In this document: positions 62,301 through 64,000 of the stretch, piece by piece
Layout: every line of letters starts with the position of its first letter
How positions within the stretch are numbered: position 1 is the first letter of the stretch
Source of the DNA: Octopus sinensis
Lineage: Eukaryota
Direction of reading: 5' to 3'
Assembly: GCF_006345805.1 (NCBI RefSeq)
Contig: NC_043005.1
Span: 21,638,001 to 21,702,000, forward strand
Length of the DNA stretch: 64,000 nucleotides
The notes under the pieces: generated by a model
Databases searched by the model: none
Told to the model about the DNA's origin: nothing
Seen by the model: the letters and a program-made list of their open reading frames with translations, nothing else
Translations under genes and position numbers: made by a program

Positions 62301-63982
62301 ATTGGGATATATACTTATTTAACCCAGGTCAGTAGAGTGTTTCTATTTTTATGTGTGCTATGTGTATATAAATATAAATATATATTACATGCATATATGT
62401 ATACATATATACTTATATATATATGTATTAAGACCTTTGGTACTATGTTGTGCCTAAGAAGACCCATCAAGCCAAGTAAAATCCCAGTCAAAGCAGACAC
62501 TGGTGTCATGCAAATGGCACCCATGCCCGTGGCACGTAAAAGCTCCCATTACACTCTCAGAGCAGTTAGCATTAAGGAGGGTATCCAGCCATAGAAACCA
62601 TGCCAAATCAGATTGCCAGCTTGCCAGCTCTGTTTAAACTGTCTAACCTATGACAGAAAGGACAACAGATCTTAAGTAGTGATGGTGTTGATGATGATGA
62701 AATATATATATATATATATATATAAATATTATAAATTTCTTTATGAAGTTAATTTTTCAACTCATTATTGTAAAAGCTAAAGTGTTATTATCTGTCTGTT
62801 ACTTTATATATTTTTTGTGACATAATTCTAATAATTATTTTATCCTTAATAATTAATGTGAAAAGGAATAATCTGACTTATAGGAGAAAAAGATAGTTTT
62901 CTTAGTTAAAAAGAGTTCACCCTGTCTTCAGTTTGAGAATATATTCATATCCTAGCCTGAATAACAACTTTTCCTTTAATTTAGCATTTAGGTGGAATTT
63001 TAATTTGCTCTGACCTGTGTTTTGCCACAACTCTGAATCAAATAGAGAGAGATAATAAATTTCAATGCTTTCTTGTCAGATAAACATAAAAGTGGAGAAC
63101 TTTTATGTTTATTTTGGTAAAAGCAACTCACTTCTCTCTCATTAGCCAAGTATTAGCCAAAACTGGCTCAAAATAAGTGATATTGTTCCTACTACTATTA
63201 TTTTGGTCAAATTTCTTCCCTGACAGACAATATGATTTAGTTCTGGAGAAGATTAATGGAGTCTGTTCTCTACTTTCCTCAATTGTTTGATTATGGAATT
63301 GATTAATAAATGAGATTATTGTATTAAGGAAGTATGATTCTCCAACCTTATCAGAAACCTGTGTGAGGTAACTGGAATAAAATTATTGTATTTGGGAATT
63401 CTGATATTCCATCCTTATTAGAAATTTGTGTAAGCTAGCTGGAATAAAATATGTGAATATCCTTTATCTTTGTAACTTTTCTGTAACATTTTGTAACTAC
63501 ATACCAATTTTACTTGAGATTTACAAATTGGATTGGTGATGTTTTATTAAAGTATGGATCATCTGGATTTCTAAATCTATCACAGCCCAATTTTGTTAGC
63601 CTGGTTTCATTTCCTTCGCAGAGAACTTACAAGATATTTCACTAGGCTCCTTAATCATTTCCTTTCACGTGATATGTCTGTATGTGGGTGCAGATGTCTT
63701 CAGTTTGTTTCAGTCATAATCTTTTATTCTAAATTTGTCATTATTTTCTCATTCTCAGCCTCCTCCTAACATACATTCACCATTGATATCAATTTCTATT
63801 ATCACTTTCAGCTATTACAAAAGTTAACTGTGGACCGCCAAAAGATGTTATTGGTGCAAAGAAGTCCTACACTAACACCACCTATAAATCTGAAGTGACC
63901 TACACATGCCCAGGAGGACAAAAGTTGAAGTCAAAATGTAAAAGTGACAATAAATGGACTCCAGTTGCATCTAATTGTGAAG
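1..63982 (+). CDS. Internal part of a large multi-exon gene encoding a repetitive, probably extracellular PAN/Apple-Sushi(CCP) protein (15 exons in window)
   Basis: 15 exons with polypyrimidine-AG acceptors and GT donors (exon 1 is cut by the window edge), all phase 1-1. They splice into one open frame of 3022 nt with junction codons V,V,A,A,D,L,V,V,P,A,A,D,F,A. Each complete exon has exactly 4 Cys. Confidence 0.85.
309..414. repeat. Imperfect fold-back hairpin
   Basis: 22-bp perfect outer arms (309-330/393-414) and 14-bp perfect inner arms (347-360/362-375). Confidence 0.85.
741..932. repeat. Fold-back palindrome with 95-bp arms and 2-nt loop
   Basis: 741-835 pairs with 838-932 at 93 of 95 positions; both mismatches are CpG to TpG in the left arm. 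Confidence 0.95.
855..908 (+). ncRNA. Candidate minimal type I hammerhead ribozyme (Penelope-like repeat)
   Basis: Stem I CTGT(863-866)/ACAG(897-900), extendable to 12 positions with one mismatch. Core CCGATGA(867-873) is a U4C variant. Helix II CG-GCAA-CG, GAAA(884-887), helix III ACTC-A-GAGT, GUA cleavage after 896. Confidence 0.6.
1314..1463. repeat. (TCT)n microsatellite
   Basis: Direct observation; explains the poly-S, poly-F and poly-R ORFs. Confidence 0.95.
1805..2085 (+). mobile_element. RTE-like LINE endonuclease fragment
   Basis: Decayed frame [38 protein letters not shown], typical of an APE endonuclease N-terminus. Confidence 0.6.
4929..5099 (+). CDS. Exon S1: short Sushi/CCP-like domain
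   Basis: Acceptor ttccag, donor G|GTAATG, 171 nt. (V)[56 protein letters not shown] shows the CxxP..YxC..C...W....C pattern. Confidence 0.85.
5819..6288 (+). mobile_element. tRNA-derived SINE with internal microsatellite
   Basis: A-box-like TGGCTGTGTGTTAA and B-box-like GGTTCAGTCCC; further copies at 28946-29380 (+) and 32600-32976 (-). Confidence 0.75.
6400..7250 (-). mobile_element. Old Tx1/L1-like LINE remnant shared by paralogous S-to-A introns
   Basis: Minus-strand [27 protein letters not shown] and [10 protein letters not shown] (CCHC-like). Homologous blocks at about 2600-3010, 24640-25300, 36780-37480 and 56700-57205. Confidence 0.5.
9747..9986 (+). CDS. Exon A1: PAN/Apple-like subtype A
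   Basis: 240 nt, ttccag|..G|[60 protein letters not shown] has the CxxxC..C.SF..C.L PAN core. Confidence 0.9.
10370..11085 (+). mobile_element. Two tandem SINE/LINE-tail copies ending in (GAT)n
   Basis: ggcacgtaaaaagcacccactacact..ggcgttaggaag..aacccatgc..ggacgttaaacgatgatgat occurs at about 10480-10640 and 10905-11085, with three imperfect subrepeats of about 62 bp at 10769-10915. Confidence 0.65.
11276..11506. repeat. Perfect palindrome with 111-bp arms and 9-nt loop
   Basis: 11276-11386 is the exact reverse complement of 11396-11506. Confidence 0.95.
11679..11729 (-). ncRNA. Candidate type I hammerhead ribozyme
   Basis: Minus strand AGCTTC-CTGATGA-TTTCATTTGAAT-GAAA-CAG-TTCTAGTC-CTG-TA-GAAGCT. 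6-bp stem I, canonical core, 4-bp stem III, GUA site; helix II is weak. Confidence 0.65.
12922..13200 (-). mobile_element. RTE-like LINE 3' end with (TGA)n tail
   Basis: Minus ORF ..[27 protein letters not shown] ends just before a (TGA)n tract. Confidence 0.65.
14125..14159 (-). ncRNA. Candidate minimal (dimer-type) hammerhead, degenerate
   Basis: Minus strand GTTT-CCGACGA-A-GAGC-TCC-GCTT-GAAA-C-GTT-AAAC. Palindromic ACGT helix III; U4C core. Confidence 0.45.
14673..14758. repeat. Inverted repeat with 27-bp perfect arms
   Basis: ttgttgacagtaactttgaagttttgg and ccaaaacttcaaagttactgtcaacaa with a 32-nt spacer. Confidence 0.85.
16051..17167 (+). mobile_element. Decayed mariner transposon, 5' end missing
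   Basis: Transposase from ATG 16068 with stops and frameshifts. Motifs [36 protein letters not shown]. Degenerate 3' TIR ..cagacaacccaa followed by TA. Confidence 0.9.
17511..17744 (+). CDS. Exon B1: PAN/Apple-like subtype B
   Basis: 234 nt, ttcaag|..G|[63 protein letters not shown]. Confidence 0.9.
17977..18200. repeat. Imperfect fold-back (MITE-like) element
   Basis: Arms of about 100 nt, including caggataatgc/gcattatcctg and catgaacaggataaactatc/gatagtttatcctgttcatg. Confidence 0.8.
19900..20877 (-). mobile_element. Decayed RTE-like reverse transcriptase fragment
   Basis: Minus-strand QFGF..G and CIDLEKAFT motifs; similar to 43400-44995 and 53990-54590. Confidence 0.65.
20878..21779 (+). 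mobile_element. 5'-truncated Tc1-like transposon
   Basis: Transposase fragments [30 protein letters not shown]; 3' end ..tgtccaacccctg followed by TA; homologous to 57210-58413. Confidence 0.88.
23426..23596 (+). CDS. Exon S2: Sushi/CCP-like domain
   Basis: 171 nt, ttcag|..G|[63 protein letters not shown]. Confidence 0.85.
26592..26825 (+). CDS. Exon A2: PAN/Apple-like subtype A
   Basis: 234 nt, tttag|..C|[60 protein letters not shown]. Confidence 0.9.
27514..28290. repeat. Long (TACA)n microsatellite, about 780 bp
   Basis: Direct observation; explains the HTYI/MYVC ORFs. Confidence 0.97.
28946..29380 (+). mobile_element. tRNA-derived SINE
   Basis: Colinear with 5819-6288 (accaaccacatggttccgggttcagtcccactgc..). 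Confidence 0.75.
30175..31010 (-). mobile_element. Internally deleted mariner-derived element
   Basis: TIRs GGTGGTATCAAAAGGTCCCTGGACTAGTT and its near complement at 30979-31008, TA-flanked. Minus-strand remnant [14 protein letters not shown] is a YSPDLAP-type motif. Confidence 0.8.
31270..32190 (+). mobile_element. Decayed RTE-like reverse transcriptase fragment
   Basis: PGPSGL.GKM, then [22 protein letters not shown] motifs with many lesions. Confidence 0.65.
32600..32976 (-). mobile_element. tRNA-derived SINE, reverse copy
   Basis: Reverse complement of the 5819 family (gcccaaggtgccac..gactgaaccc..ttcttaccacacagcc). Confidence 0.7.
33103..33336 (+). CDS. Exon C1: PAN/Apple-like subtype C
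   Basis: 234 nt, ttgcag|..G|[64 protein letters not shown]. Confidence 0.9.
33617..34478 (-). mobile_element. Second copy of the mariner-derived element at 30175-31010
   Basis: Colinear similarity: gtggtataaaaagattcc..gtttaataataagtaacttattt at the start and ..gctgccatctgttggc..cagaact at the end. Confidence 0.75.
34486..35230. mobile_element. Mariner N-terminal (HTH) remnants on both strands
   Basis: Plus strand [13 protein letters not shown] near 34690; minus ORF 34955-35218 [27 protein letters not shown]. Confidence 0.6.
35853..36020 (+). CDS. Exon S3: Sushi/CCP-like domain
   Basis: 168 nt, ttccag|..G|[62 protein letters not shown]. Confidence 0.85.
37490..38040 (-). mobile_element. RTE LINE 3' fragment inserted in an intron
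   Basis: Minus-strand [47 protein letters not shown], the canonical RTE C-terminus. Confidence 0.8.
38378..38457. repeat. 40-bp tandem duplication (2 copies)
   Basis: gacaca(c/t)agttgctcttgccgaatgtggactgcaggtta(t/c) twice. Confidence 0.9.
39495..39734 (+). CDS. Exon A3: PAN/Apple-like subtype A
   Basis: 240 nt, ttctag|..C|[60 protein letters not shown]. Confidence 0.9.
43400..44995 (-). mobile_element. Decayed RTE-like reverse transcriptase
   Basis: ORF 44773-44985 [23 protein letters not shown], followed by QFGL, VHQG-like and downstream RT motifs. Confidence 0.7.
45130..46190 (+). mobile_element. Tx1/L1-like LINE C-terminal fragment
   Basis: [20 protein letters not shown], ..[13 protein letters not shown], ..[17 protein letters not shown] in decayed frames. 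Recognised by eye only. Confidence 0.5.
47934..48167 (+). CDS. Exon B2: PAN/Apple-like subtype B
   Basis: 234 nt, atctag|..G|[63 protein letters not shown]. Confidence 0.9.
48554..49816 (-). mobile_element. Full-length decayed mariner transposon (same family as 16051-17167)
   Basis: 30-bp TIRs TTG(T/G)GTTGTCC(G/A)GAAAGTTCATGCTGATTT with 2 mismatches; TA at 48552-48553; disrupted transposase 49634 to 48627 with [23 protein letters not shown]. Confidence 0.93.
51547..51717 (+). CDS. Exon S4: Sushi/CCP-like domain
   Basis: 171 nt, ttccag|..G|[63 protein letters not shown]. Confidence 0.85.
53391..53577. repeat. MITE-like element with 31-bp inverted termini
   Basis: atattctgttgtgtctgaggagagtcatttt and aaaatgactctccccagacacaacagaatat, one mismatch, next to (TA)n. 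Confidence 0.75.
53990..54590 (-). mobile_element. RTE-like LINE fragment with Cys-rich insert
   Basis: ORF 54307-54552 ..[30 protein letters not shown]; same family as 43400-44995. Confidence 0.65.
54628..54798 (+). CDS. Exon S5: Sushi/CCP-like domain
   Basis: 171 nt, tttcag|..G|[63 protein letters not shown]. Confidence 0.85.
57210..58413 (+). mobile_element. Decayed Tc1-like transposon, left TIR lost
   Basis: ORF 57250-57879 has a paired-like HTH ([20 protein letters not shown]), RKPLL and [12 protein letters not shown], then frameshifted FQDDNAP and [15 protein letters not shown]. 3' end ..tgtcaaacccctg followed by TA. Left boundary approximate. Confidence 0.9.
59413..59652 (+). CDS. 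Exon A4: PAN/Apple-like subtype A
   Basis: 240 nt, ttgtag|..T|[60 protein letters not shown]. Confidence 0.9.
62091..62327 (+). CDS. Exon C2: PAN/Apple-like subtype C
   Basis: 237 nt, tttcag|..G|[64 protein letters not shown]. Confidence 0.9.
63315..63448. repeat. 67-bp diverged tandem duplication
   Basis: attattgta..ctggaataaa twice; the paralogous intron near 4480-4545 has one copy. Confidence 0.75.
63812..63982 (+). CDS. Exon S6: Sushi/CCP-like domain
   Basis: 171 nt, tttcag|..G|[63 protein letters not shown]; 17 nt differences from S1. Confidence 0.85.
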
Positions 63983-64000
63983 GTAATTTAAATAGGTTCT

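Noticed and set aside
1-63982. Dscam-style mutually exclusive exon clusters
   Set aside because: Paralogous exons are interleaved in repeating units rather than grouped as alternatives; only S4/S5 are adjacent. No docking or selector sequence was identified.

Overview
This is AT-rich, repeat-dense animal genomic DNA. The SINE, microsatellite and mariner content resembles an octopod cephalopod (inference, no search run). The whole window lies inside one large + strand multi-exon gene that is open at both edges. I mapped 15 exons by hand (3022 coding nt, about 1007 codons, no stops). Each is a phase 1-1 GT-AG exon encoding one four-cysteine domain: nine PAN/Apple-like exons in three subtypes (A, B, C) and six short Sushi/CCP-like exons (S). 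The order is C-S-A-B-S-A-C-S-A-B-S-S-A-C-S. This is a three-exon unit that built a six-exon unit and then a 13-exon, about 62 kb unit, with intron homology preserved between copies. The introns hold decayed mariner, Tc1, RTE and Tx1/L1-like elements, tRNA-type SINEs and microsatellites. They also hold several long fold-back palindromes and three candidate type I hammerhead ribozymes in Penelope-like repeats. No signal-peptide first exon, transmembrane exon or terminal exon was found, so the gene cannot be named. TE boundaries without TIRs are approximate.
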